A DNA stretch of 64,000 nt from NCBI GenBank assembly GCA_965243135.1, contig OZ251539.1:3328001-3392000 (forward strand), written 5' to 3'. The notes beneath the pieces were generated by a model. The model saw nothing but the letters and a program-made list of their open reading frames with translations. It did no database searches and was not told the DNA's origin. Of the stretch, positions 37,312 to 46,564 are shown piece after piece (within the stretch, counting starts at the first letter, position 1; each line of letters opens with the position of its first letter). The stretch is from Alphaproteobacteria bacterium. Its GTDB lineage: Bacteria; Pseudomonadota; Alphaproteobacteria; MPNO01; UBA830. The translations under genes were made by a program, and so were the position numbers.

Positions 37312-38148
37312 TCAATTCTCGTAGGCGACATCCGCCGTCATCGCCAGAGCGCCGGAGGCGGTGGCCGTCCACAACCTGCAGGCGTCGTCGGCGTCGTTCG
37401 GCGTTCCGTGCACCGAAAAATCGGCGACGTCGTAGACCGGCGAAACGGCGCGAACGTCCAGGGACGTCATCCGGGCCTCGGGCCGCTCGCGGCGGAAGAG
37501 GTCGAGCATCAACGTCATGAGCAGCGGTCCGTGAACCACAAGGCCGGGATAACCCTCCACGTCGCGAACGTAGTCCCGGTCGTAATGGATGCGATGACTG
37601 TTCATCGTCAACGCCGAATAACGGAACAACAGCACGCTGCGAGGGCGAATCGCGCGGCTCCACGCGGGATTTTCCGGCGCGGGCTTCGCCGCCGGCGGCG
37701 TCTTCGGAGGATTTCGATAGACCTGCGTTCGTTCTTCCACGGTCGCGATCCTCCCGTCGCCGCCGAGCACCTCTTCGGTGGTGGTCACGAAACACAGCGG
37801 ACCGTTCTTTCCCTGTTTTTCGGAAACGCCGGTAATGGTTATGACCTTCCGCACCGCCTCGCCGATGCGGATGGGACTCTCGAACCGCATCCTGGACCCG
37901 GCCCACAGGCGTTGCCGCAAAGGGATCGGCGGGGTGAACCGCCCCCTGATCCGGTGGCCGTCGACCGACGTCTCGGCTAGGGGAACGAGTTCGTGGAAAT
38001 AAAAATAATGCCATGCGGGCGGCAGCGGATCCCCGCCCTCGTAGCGGGGGTCGTCGCGGTCCAGCGTGACGGCGAAGCAATCGGCGGGATAGGACGAAAC
38101 GAAACCATGCTCGGTGACCGAACGACCGATCCACTCGTCGTAACTCAT
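37312..38148 (-). CDS. Double hot-dog (MaoC-like) acyl-CoA hydratase, itaconyl-/mesaconyl-CoA hydratase-like
   Basis: LPPAWH, RLWAG, LFRYSALTMNSHRIHYD, GLVVHGPL. Confidence 0.85.
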   Translation of the reverse strand: MSYDEWIGRSVTEHGFVSSYPADCFAVTLDRDDPRYEGGDPLPPAWHYFYFHELVPLAETSVDGHRIRGRFTPPIPLRQRLWAGSRMRFESPIRIGEAVRKVITITGVSEKQGKNGPLCFVTTTEEVLGGDGRIATVEERTQVYRNPPKTPPAAKPAPENPAWSRAIRPRSVLLFRYSALTMNSHRIHYDRDYVRDVEGYPGLVVHGPLLMTLMLDLFRRERPEARMTSLDVRAVSPVYDVADFSVHGTPNDADDACRLWTATASGALAMTADVAYEN

Positions 38149-39263
38149 CCCGCAAACTCCCTTCTGATCGCTTCCGAATGCTCGCCGATCGCCGGAATCG
38201 GACCAAGCTCGCGAGCGTTCGCCGGCGGCGCCGGCATGTCGATCGGGCCGGTCGGAGACGCCACGCGCGTTCGCTTCAGGGCCGGATGGCGCGACAGCCC
38301 CGCGACGTCGTTCACTTCGCCGAAGGCGATGCGCGCGCCGCGCAAACGGCGGACGAGTTCGTCGCGCCCGGTCGCGCCGAAAACGCGATTGATTATCTCG
38401 TCGAAATCCGCGCGGTGGGCGCAACGCGCTTCGTTGTTCGCGAACCTCGAGTCTTCGGGAAGCTCGGCGTCGAACAGCACGTCGGAGCAAAGGCGCGCGA
38501 ACTCCCGTTCGTTCTGAATGGCGATCAGGATCGCCCCGCCGTCCGCCGTAGCGTAGGCGCCGTAGGGATGGATGGAGGGATGGTTGAGGCCGACCCTCGG
38601 CGTGATCTCTCCGCCGTAGTCGTAGTGCAGCAGCGGCACGGTCATCCAGTCCGCCATGCCGGCGAACAACGAGGTGCCGATGGCCGTCCCTTCTCCCGTT
38701 TTCTCGCGCGCGATGAGCGCCTCCAGCACCGCCATGTAGGCGTACATCCCGCACGAAACGTCGCAGGCCGAAACGCCCACCCGTCCCGGGCCTTCAGGCC
38801 GGCCGGTAACGGAGCAGAGGCCCGATTCCGCCTGAACCAGAAGATCGTAAGCCTTCATGTCCGAATATTCGCCTTCCGCCCCGTAGCCGGAAATGTCGAC
38901 GGTCACGAGGCGCGGATTGCGCCGCCGCAACTCTTCGGAACCGTACCCGGCGCGCGCCGCGGCGCCGGGCGCGAGGTTCTGGATGAACACGTCCGCACGA
39001 TCGATGATGCGATGGAGCAGCGTCTTGTCGCCCTCGTCCTTTATGTCGGCGACGAGAGATTCCTTGCCGCGGTTGAGCCATACGAAATACGCGCTTTCGC
39101 CGTGGACGACCGTATCGTAGCGGCGGGCGAAATCGCCCTCGGCGCGCTCGATCTTGATCACCCGCGCGCCGGCGTCGGCCAGCCGCGACGCGCAATAGGG
39201 CGCGGCCACCGCCTGTTCCATCGAGACGACGAGGATGCCGTCCAGAGGCGCGTCGCCGGACAT
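38145..39263 (-). CDS. CaiB/BaiF family III CoA-transferase (itaconate CoA-transferase-like)
   Basis: EQAVAAP, GARVIKIER.EGDFAR, WLNRGKES, QNLAPGA, KAYDLLVQAE. Confidence 0.88.
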   Translation of the reverse strand: MSGDAPLDGILVVSMEQAVAAPYCASRLADAGARVIKIERAEGDFARRYDTVVHGESAYFVWLNRGKESLVADIKDEGDKTLLHRIIDRADVFIQNLAPGAAARAGYGSEELRRRNPRLVTVDISGYGAEGEYSDMKAYDLLVQAESGLCSVTGRPEGPGRVGVSACDVSCGMYAYMAVLEALIAREKTGEGTAIGTSLFAGMADWMTVPLLHYDYGGEITPRVGLNHPSIHPYGAYATADGGAILIAIQNEREFARLCSDVLFDAELPEDSRFANNEARCAHRADFDEIINRVFGATGRDELVRRLRGARIAFGEVNDVAGLSRHPALKRTRVASPTGPIDMPAPPANARELGPIPAIGEHSEAIRREFAG

Positions 39264-40417
39264 CAGTAAGACCGCGGCAGACCGAGGACGTGTTCGCCCA
39301 CGAACGACAACACGAGGTTGTTGGAGATCGGAGCGATGCGGTAGAGCCGGGTTTCCCGGAACTTGCGCTCCACGTCGTATTCCTCGGCGAAAGCGAAGCC
39401 GCCGTGGGTCTGCATGCACATGTCGGCAGCCTTCCACGACGCCTCCGAAGCAAGGTACTTCGCCATATTCGCTTCCGCGCCGCACGGCTCTCCGGCCTCG
39501 AACTTGCGGGCGGCTTCCGCCACCATGAGGTTCGCCGCTTCGGTCTGCACGTGAGCCTCGGCGATCGGGAACTGGATGCCCTGGTTCTGGCCGATGGGGC
39601 GGTCGAACACGTTGCGGTCCCTGGCGTAAGCGGCAGCCTTGCCGATGAACCAGCGGGCGTCGCCGATGCATTCCGACGCGATGAGGATGCGCTCCGCGTT
39701 CATGCCGTCGAGGATGTATCTGAACCCCTTGCCCTCCTCGCCGACCAGGGAGTCGGCGGGAATTCGAAGGTCCTCGAAGAAAACCTCGGTGGTCGCGTGG
39801 TTGATCATGGTGCGTATGGGCTTGATTTCGAGGCCGTTGCCCCGCGCCTCGCGCATGTCCACGATGAACACGGAGAGGCCGTCCGTGCGTTTCTCGACCA
39901 TGTCCCGCGGCGTGGTCCGCGCGAGCAGCAGCATCAGGTCCGAGTGCTCGGCGCGCGACGTCCAGATCTTCTGGCCGTTGACCAGGTAGCCGGAATTGCC
40001 GTCCTTCACGGCCGTCGTTCGCAGGCTCAGGGTGTCGGTGCCGCTGGTGGGTTCGGTCACTCCGAACGCCTGCAGGCGAATCTCGCCGGAGGCGATGCCG
40101 GGCAGGTATCTGCGCTTCTGCTCCTCGGAGCCGTGGCGCAGGACCGTTCCCATGATGTACATCTGGGCATGGCAGGCGGCGCCGTTGCAGCCCGATTTCT
40201 GGATTTCCTCCATGATCGCGGCCGCGGCGGCGATCCCGAGGCCCGACCCGCCGTATTCTTCGGGGATCAGAACGGACAGGTAGCCGGCTTCGGTCAATTC
40301 CCGCACGAATTCCGTCGGATAGGCGCGTTCGGCGTCCCGCTCGCGCCAGTATTCGCCGGGATAGCGATCGCACAGCCTGCGCACCTGTTCGCGGATTTCG
40401 GAATGGTCTTCTGTCAT
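39263..40417 (-). CDS. Acyl-CoA dehydrogenase
   Basis: IPEEYGG, GVTEPTSGTD, NGQKIWTS, NAERI, THGGF, IAPIS. Confidence 0.92.
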   Translation of the reverse strand: MTEDHSEIREQVRRLCDRYPGEYWRERDAERAYPTEFVRELTEAGYLSVLIPEEYGGSGLGIAAAAAIMEEIQKSGCNGAACHAQMYIMGTVLRHGSEEQKRRYLPGIASGEIRLQAFGVTEPTSGTDTLSLRTTAVKDGNSGYLVNGQKIWTSRAEHSDLMLLLARTTPRDMVEKRTDGLSVFIVDMREARGNGLEIKPIRTMINHATTEVFFEDLRIPADSLVGEEGKGFRYILDGMNAERILIASECIGDARWFIGKAAAYARDRNVFDRPIGQNQGIQFPIAEAHVQTEAANLMVAEAARKFEAGEPCGAEANMAKYLASEASWKAADMCMQTHGGFAFAEEYDVERKFRETRLYRIAPISNNLVLSFVGEHVLGLPRSY

Positions 40418-40505
40418 TCTGAATTTCCCGGATGGATGAACGCCCTGTCGGACCCTCGCAACACTATCCAAAGAGAATTATATGTTCTCAAGCCGCAATC
40501 TATTG

Positions 40506-42749
40506 TTATTGAACATTTAAATGTTTGAGAATACTGACAGTGCTTTCTTGCAAATCTCTTTTCTCTTCGAATTGCAAAAACTCGTCGCCCGCTACAAGAT
40601 GAAACCATTTTGTCCGTTTACCGGATACAGGAACGTTATCTCGAATTTTTAGTCTATCGTACCGTTCAAGCAGCGCACAAATTTCATCCCAATGGTCTGA
40701 ATCGGTAATTCTTGTGGTATCCTCGTCTCCTTCTCTGAGCCAGTATCTTTGCATGGAAATGCGAGAAAATTTTTCAAGAAGCCTCCAACGTTCGTCAGGC
40801 ACCCCCTTTTCGTCCGGCTTATCAGATCGTTCGGCGATCCAATTCCTTATCCTATTAGCATCAAATATTCGCTCTTTTCTTCCAGAAACATCATGTAAAT
40901 TCAGCGACTGAACATTCGGTACATTATCTCCAAATTTGACGAACGGGCCAACGAACATTTCGTATGCTTCTACCTTGCGAAACGAAATACCGCTGAGGTC
41001 CGCATTTCCAACAACCAGTCTGCTTATTGAAAGATCAACCAATTCTCCCCTCTGCACCCCAATCTGGTCGGCCATCCAAACATCTTGCAATTGCACATTC
41101 TCCATAACGAAATCCCCTTCGGATTGGTCTTCCTCAAAAGGTATGAATGATAAAAGAAGACCGCCAAGATTGGAGGAAAAATATCCGATCGCGCTTCTCG
41201 TACGAAGGGCATCTTTCATCGATCTTCGAAGATCTATTTGCCTCGACACCGGAACGCGGCGAACAACGCTGTTGAAAATCCGAAAATCTTCAGCGTTAAG
41301 CGGTACACGATACATTGCATTCGTAGCGTTATGTTTCGGAAAATAGTTCAATATGTGTTTCGAATAGAAATATGACTTTATGATCTCGTGAGGAAATACG
41401 CGCACCCCGTCGTCGTTCACATCAATTTCAAAAAGGGCAAAACTCTCAACACGTTGAGCAAGCGATTTCTTGGTTTCCTCATTGAGGTGCCCTTCAAAGA
41501 CTTCTTCCGCGATAAGTCTCAAAAATTCCACGTCGATACGGTCCGACTCGTCATCCATCATCATTCGTGCCGCTTCCGACAGTATTGTCGAGTAAAGATC
41601 GGAAATAGAACCGGTATTCGTATGCTCCTCTCCTTGTGGTAACAATTTTTCGCTTTCCCGAATAACCATACCATCCATCAAATAGGAAATAGGATCCCCG
41701 CCGATTTCACTGTAACCGCTTGGTTCGAATTCTGATATTTTGGAAATGAAAAACGGGCGTCTTAAGTATTCAATGGTCTTTGTTTGCTCTTCTATCCGAT
41801 TTAGAACCTCTCTATTTTCACGCCCCTTCCATTTCGGCTTTTCGGAAAGCCATGCACGAATATCCCGTGGCTCTGGAAAGTCCAGATTTAATATTGTAAT
41901 AGCCGATTCCTTCACAGTATCCCCCATACCAGCGTGCACCGTCTCCCGGTTCAACATCGTATCCCGGCCTGCCAATATGCATGTGCCCTTGCCACCAAGA
42001 TCGCGTATGAAATCTCTCAACGCACCCCATGCCCGCTCGTAACCCCGACTGTCCGATAGCTCGTCGAATCCGTCTATCGCCACCTGAACGAGGTTACGCC
42101 TTACCAACGGCTTAAGCTCATCTCCGTAAAATCCGGCTTTTAGATTTGACAGAGTTCCAGCAATACGATCATCAAGTGCTGTAAGCACTTTGCCCAAACT
42201 CTTAACATGAAGAAGCAATGGGTTTCCAGATCTATAGGATAGCGGCAATGATCGCTCTCTTACCAGGCGCTCAATGAGCAAGGTTTTGCCAACACCAGCC
42301 ACTCCGTTTATCACAAAAATGTGAAGATCTTCGGACGATTCTTGCAGCAGCTTCGAAACATTCTCAAACGACAAATCACTCTTTTTTTCTGACTTTTCAC
42401 TTTCTGCATTTTTCCCAGAAACAATTTCGCCCCGACAAGCGATAAACGTTTTATTTTCGCCGCTCTTTTCGTCTATCAAGTTGCGCGTCTCATGTCGTTG
42501 AGCCATCGCGAGCCTTTCAAGATTGGCAAATTTTTTATTGAATAATAACGACCTGAAACTCATAAAATTCGACTTTACTCCGTCTGACGTCATTCGAATC
42601 CTGTCGCGATCTCTCACCAGACGAATTTTTTGACCTTCGCGCACCAATCTTATTGCCCATCCTTTCTCCCTATCAGCGTATTCAAAAGGTTCGAACGGAT
42701 CAGAAAAAATCCGTAAATCGTCAACTTCCGTTTGGATTTTATCGGTCAT
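40506..42749 (-). CDS. Large P-loop NTPase, NACHT/STAND-like
   Basis: Walker A GVAGVGKT, Walker B VAIDGFDEL, ILAGR, PFF, FPHE; beta-repeat-like C-terminal part. Low GC. Confidence 0.75.
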   Translation of the reverse strand: MTDKIQTEVDDLRIFSDPFEPFEYADREKGWAIRLVREGQKIRLVRDRDRIRMTSDGVKSNFMSFRSLLFNKKFANLERLAMAQRHETRNLIDEKSGENKTFIACRGEIVSGKNAESEKSEKKSDLSFENVSKLLQESSEDLHIFVINGVAGVGKTLLIERLVRERSLPLSYRSGNPLLLHVKSLGKVLTALDDRIAGTLSNLKAGFYGDELKPLVRRNLVQVAIDGFDELSDSRGYERAWGALRDFIRDLGGKGTCILAGRDTMLNRETVHAGMGDTVKESAITILNLDFPEPRDIRAWLSEKPKWKGRENREVLNRIEEQTKTIEYLRRPFFISKISEFEPSGYSEIGGDPISYLMDGMVIRESEKLLPQGEEHTNTGSISDLYSTILSEAARMMMDDESDRIDVEFLRLIAEEVFEGHLNEETKKSLAQRVESFALFEIDVNDDGVRVFPHEIIKSYFYSKHILNYFPKHNATNAMYRVPLNAEDFRIFNSVVRRVPVSRQIDLRRSMKDALRTRSAIGYFSSNLGGLLLSFIPFEEDQSEGDFVMENVQLQDVWMADQIGVQRGELVDLSISRLVVGNADLSGISFRKVEAYEMFVGPFVKFGDNVPNVQSLNLHDVSGRKERIFDANRIRNWIAERSDKPDEKGVPDERWRLLEKFSRISMQRYWLREGDEDTTRITDSDHWDEICALLERYDRLKIRDNVPVSGKRTKWFHLVAGDEFLQFEEKRDLQESTVSILKHLNVQ

Positions 42750-43384
42750 CGTAAAACACCCCTATAGCTGTGAACGAGACTCTTCGCATGCGCCATGAAT
42801 TTGACGTTTACATTCGATTTTCTCAATAGTTTGACTTGTGCGCCCACCGCTTCTGCGGAAAACAAACCTGGTAATACATCGTCATCTTCGGAGACGACAA
42901 TGTATCTATCCGCCTCTTTACGCCACGCCAGAACCAGAAGGTCTGAAACCATAGCTGTGTCGACCATTTTTTCGCGCTTGCATCCGCCATCATAACGGAC
43001 CATATTCAACAAGTGAACGCCTTCCTTACGCGCCAGGCGGTCGCTTCTGCAAGCCAATTTGTCACCGGTTTGAATGCCTTCATTGCCTCCGTCGAAAACG
43101 CAATTCCCAAATCTTCTTGACGTTCTGGCGTAGTATTGCCTTAGCTTGTCGACGCCTCTTCGATAGTTCGTTGGAGTCTTCCCGCTCCACCATCCCGAAT
43201 ACAGACGAAGCCGCACCAGACACGGCGGCCGTCCAGACAGTTCTGTAAGGTATTCGGAAATTGCGAATTCGGCATATTGCAGAGCCATTTCAGCAATCTT
43301 GCGGTCTCGCTTCAACCCAGAAGCGCCCGACGCGATAACGGCAGTGTGCCAGTCAACAAATCCGATAACTTTTTCCGGGGGCAT
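42746..43384 (-). CDS. NYN-domain (PIN-like) nuclease
   Basis: FVDW, RLY, EKMVDTAMVSDL, VVSEDDDVLP. ATGA overlap with the NTPase; low GC. Confidence 0.75.
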   Translation of the reverse strand: MPPEKVIGFVDWHTAVIASGASGLKRDRKIAEMALQYAEFAISEYLTELSGRPPCLVRLRLYSGWWSGKTPTNYRRGVDKLRQYYARTSRRFGNCVFDGGNEGIQTGDKLACRSDRLARKEGVHLLNMVRYDGGCKREKMVDTAMVSDLLVLAWRKEADRYIVVSEDDDVLPGLFSAEAVGAQVKLLRKSNVNVKFMAHAKSLVHSYRGVLR

Positions 43385-43759
43385 CGTCCATCCTAGCTGC
43401 GAGGTCCTCTGGCCCGATCTCGGAAGACCATGGGTGGAAATTCAGGGAGCTCCAATGGTAGATTGAACAAATGGAAATTTCAAGGGGGTACCCAAAAACC
43501 CCTGCGGTCGGCGGCGGAGAGCGGCACCCTTGCCCGCGCAATCTTCGTTGCGGATTGCGGGCGCGACAAGACCCTGCAAGGCTGGAATCCCGCCGCTGGC
43601 GTCTGTCGCCGCGAGTTGGCGCTTCTTCCGGGCGATTGTCCGGACCCCGCCGCCGCGCCCTCGACTTGTCGGAAACTACCTTCGGTCGGCGAACGCCTGT
43701 GGAGAATGCTGTCCCCGACCGTGCTATAGTCCGGCGTCCCGACACTGGAGGCTGGAAGC

Positions 43760-44929
43760 ATGTCCGTCGTCAACCGCATCGCCGAATTCCACGAGGAGAT
43801 GACCGCATGGCGTCGGCATATCCACGCCAACCCCGAGACCGCCTTCGAGGAACACGACACCGCCGACTATGTGGCTCTGAGGCTGCACGAGTTCGGGATC
43901 GACGTGCATCGCGGGCTGGCCGGCACCGGCGTCGTGGGAACCCTCAAGGGAGAAAAGGGGGAAGGTCCGGCCATCGTGCTGCGCGCCGACATGGACGCGC
44001 TCGACATCGAGGAGAAGAACGCGTTCGGCCACAAATCCCGGAACCCCGGCAAGATGCATGCCTGCGGCCATGACGGGCATACCGCGATGCTGCTTGGCGC
44101 CTCCAAGTACCTCGCCGAAACGCGGCGCTTCGCGGGAACCGTCCATTTCGTCTTCCAGCCCGCCGAGGAGAACGAAGGCGGCGGTCGCGTGATGATCGAG
44201 GACGGGTTGTTCGAGCGGTTTCCCGCCGAGTCGGTATACGGGATGCACAACGTACCGGGCATACCCGTCGGCGAATTCGCCGTCCGCCCCGGCCCGATCA
44301 TGGCTTCCTTCGACATCTTCGAGATAACGCTGACCGGCACCGGCACGCATGCCGCGATGCCGCATCTGGGCCGCGACGCCATGGTCGCGGCGGCGCAGCT
44401 CGTGACCGCGCTCCAGACCATCCGCAGCCGCACCGTCAGTCCGTTCGATTCCGCGGTCGTCTCGGTCACCCAGATGCATGCGGGCGACACCTGGAACGTA
44501 ATTCCCGAGGAGGTGGTCGTGCGCGGCACCACCCGCGCCTTCAAGGAGCATGTCCAGGAGCACATGGAGGCCGAAATCCGGCGCATTTCCGCCGGCGTCG
44601 CGGCCGGGTTCGCGGTCGCTGCGGAGACCCGCTACGAACGCCGTTATCCGCCCACGGTGAACGATCCGCGGGAGGCCGAACTCACGGCTCGCGTCGCGGG
44701 CGACGTGGCCGGCGCCCCGAACGTATCGCTCGACAAGGATCCGATGATGGGCGCGGAGGATTTCGCCTTCATGCTCAACGAGAAGCCCGGCGCCTACGTA
44801 TGGATCGGCAACGGCCCGCGCGACGGCGGCTGCATGCTCCACAACCCGAATTACGACTTCAACGACGACATACTGCCGCTCGGCGCCAGCTACTGGGCGC
44901 GGCTGGTGGAAACCAGGCTGGAAGCCTGA
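43760..44929 (+). CDS. M20D amidohydrolase (hippurate hydrolase-like)
   Basis: LRADMDAL, MHACGHDGH, FQPAEE, GAEDF, LHNPNYDFND. Confidence 0.93.
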   Translation: MSVVNRIAEFHEEMTAWRRHIHANPETAFEEHDTADYVALRLHEFGIDVHRGLAGTGVVGTLKGEKGEGPAIVLRADMDALDIEEKNAFGHKSRNPGKMHACGHDGHTAMLLGASKYLAETRRFAGTVHFVFQPAEENEGGGRVMIEDGLFERFPAESVYGMHNVPGIPVGEFAVRPGPIMASFDIFEITLTGTGTHAAMPHLGRDAMVAAAQLVTALQTIRSRTVSPFDSAVVSVTQMHAGDTWNVIPEEVVVRGTTRAFKEHVQEHMEAEIRRISAGVAAGFAVAAETRYERRYPPTVNDPREAELTARVAGDVAGAPNVSLDKDPMMGAEDFAFMLNEKPGAYVWIGNGPRDGGCMLHNPNYDFNDDILPLGASYWARLVETRLEA

Positions 44930-44967
44930 CGGCGCCGCGCCGCCTGGTAACGGCAAGGAGAAGGCTC

Positions 44968-46545
44968 ATGGCGACCGATGTTTTCGCCGGCGTGCGGCTC
45001 GCGCGCTCTCCGGTTTACGGCACCCGCGGGATGGTGGTGTCCGGCCACTCCCTGGCGTCCGCGGCCGGACTGCGGACCCTCGATCGCGGGGGCTCCGTGG
45101 TCGACGCGATGATCTCGACCTCGGCGGCCCTGTCGGTCGTGATACAACAAGCGACCTCGCTCGGCGGCGACGCGTTCTTTCTCTATCACGACGCGGCCGA
45201 AGAAAAGACGATCGGACTCAATGCCACCGGCCATGCGCCCGACGGCGCGACGACGGACTATTACGCGGACGGCATTCCCGACCGGGGGCCGAACGCGATC
45301 AGCGTGCCGGGGATGGTGCGCGGATGGGAGCGTCTGCACGAGCGATACGGCAAGCTTCCCTGGAACGATCTGTTCGACGATGCGATCGGCCTCGCCGAAG
45401 CGCACCCGGCGTCCCGCGTGCTGACGGCCGGACTCGACCTGTTTCGGGACGACGTGCTCGCCGACGACGGATGCCGGGCGGCCTATTTCGACGGCGGGGA
45501 ACGCATCCGGGCGGGCGACATCCTGCGCCAACCTGCGCTCGCCGAAAGCCTGCGCGCGATCGCGGCGGGCGGCAGCGCCGCCTTCTACGAAGGCGATATC
45601 GCGGCGTCGATCGGAGCTTGCGTCGCATCCGGAGGCGGCCTGCTCCAACCCGGCCAGTTCGCCGGCTACGAGCCCGAATGGGTCGAACCGCTGTCGACGG
45701 ACTATCGCGGCCACGCGGTGACGGTCATGCCGCCCAACTCCTACGGCATCCTGATGCTGATGCAACTCAACGGCCTCGCGGCGCTGGAGTCTTCGCAACT
45801 CGCCGGCAGCGACGCGGATCGGCTGGATTACCTGATGAAGGCTATGCAGGCGGCCTTCGACCTGGGGCAGCCCTGCATCGCCGACCCGCGCTACGAGGAC
45901 GCGCAGGTCGACCGCCTGCTGTCGGCGGAAACCGCGCGCGAGTTGCAGGACAGCGTCGCGAACGGCGGACGCCGCGCGACGTTCGAAAACAAGGGCGGCA
46001 CGTCCTGCATCGTGCTCGCCGACGGCGAAGGCAACGCCATGTCCGTGGTGCAGAGCGTGTTCCACGTCTTCGGCAGCGCCTTCCTGGACCCCGGCACCGG
46101 CATCCTGATGAACAACCGCATGACGGGTTTCCGGGTCGATCCCGCCGACCGGCGCAAGGTCGCTCCGCGCCGGCGACCGCCGCACACGCTGAATCCCGTG
46201 ATGACGTTCCGGAACGGCCGGCCGAAATATCTGATGACGACGCCCGGCGGTCCCGGTCAGACGCTTTCGATGGTCCAGGTGCTGACGAACCTCGTGGACC
46301 GGGGCATGGAACTGACCGCCGCCATCGAATACCCGCGCTGGAGCGTCAGCCTCGGCGGCGACTTCCTTCTCGAAGAAGGCTATTCCGAAGAGACGGCGCA
46401 GGAGCTCGAGCGGAGAGGCCACCGCGTGACGCACGGTTCGGGCTCGTCGTATTTCGGATCGGCCAAGACCATCGAAATCCTCGACAACGGCGTTCTGACG
46501 GGCGCCGCCGACACGCGCCGGGAAGCGTTCGCGGCCGGGCGGTAA
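44968..46545 (+). CDS. ggt: Gamma-glutamyltransferase family protein
   Basis: GMVVSGH, LGGDAF, SVPG, GTS (nucleophile Thr), TGILMNNR, TPGG. Confidence 0.88.
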   Translation: MATDVFAGVRLARSPVYGTRGMVVSGHSLASAAGLRTLDRGGSVVDAMISTSAALSVVIQQATSLGGDAFFLYHDAAEEKTIGLNATGHAPDGATTDYYADGIPDRGPNAISVPGMVRGWERLHERYGKLPWNDLFDDAIGLAEAHPASRVLTAGLDLFRDDVLADDGCRAAYFDGGERIRAGDILRQPALAESLRAIAAGGSAAFYEGDIAASIGACVASGGGLLQPGQFAGYEPEWVEPLSTDYRGHAVTVMPPNSYGILMLMQLNGLAALESSQLAGSDADRLDYLMKAMQAAFDLGQPCIADPRYEDAQVDRLLSAETARELQDSVANGGRRATFENKGGTSCIVLADGEGNAMSVVQSVFHVFGSAFLDPGTGILMNNRMTGFRVDPADRRKVAPRRRPPHTLNPVMTFRNGRPKYLMTTPGGPGQTLSMVQVLTNLVDRGMELTAAIEYPRWSVSLGGDFLLEEGYSEETAQELERRGHRVTHGSGSSYFGSAKTIEILDNGVLTGAADTRREAFAAGR

Positions 46546-46564
46546 GCCGCGCCGAAAGAGAACG

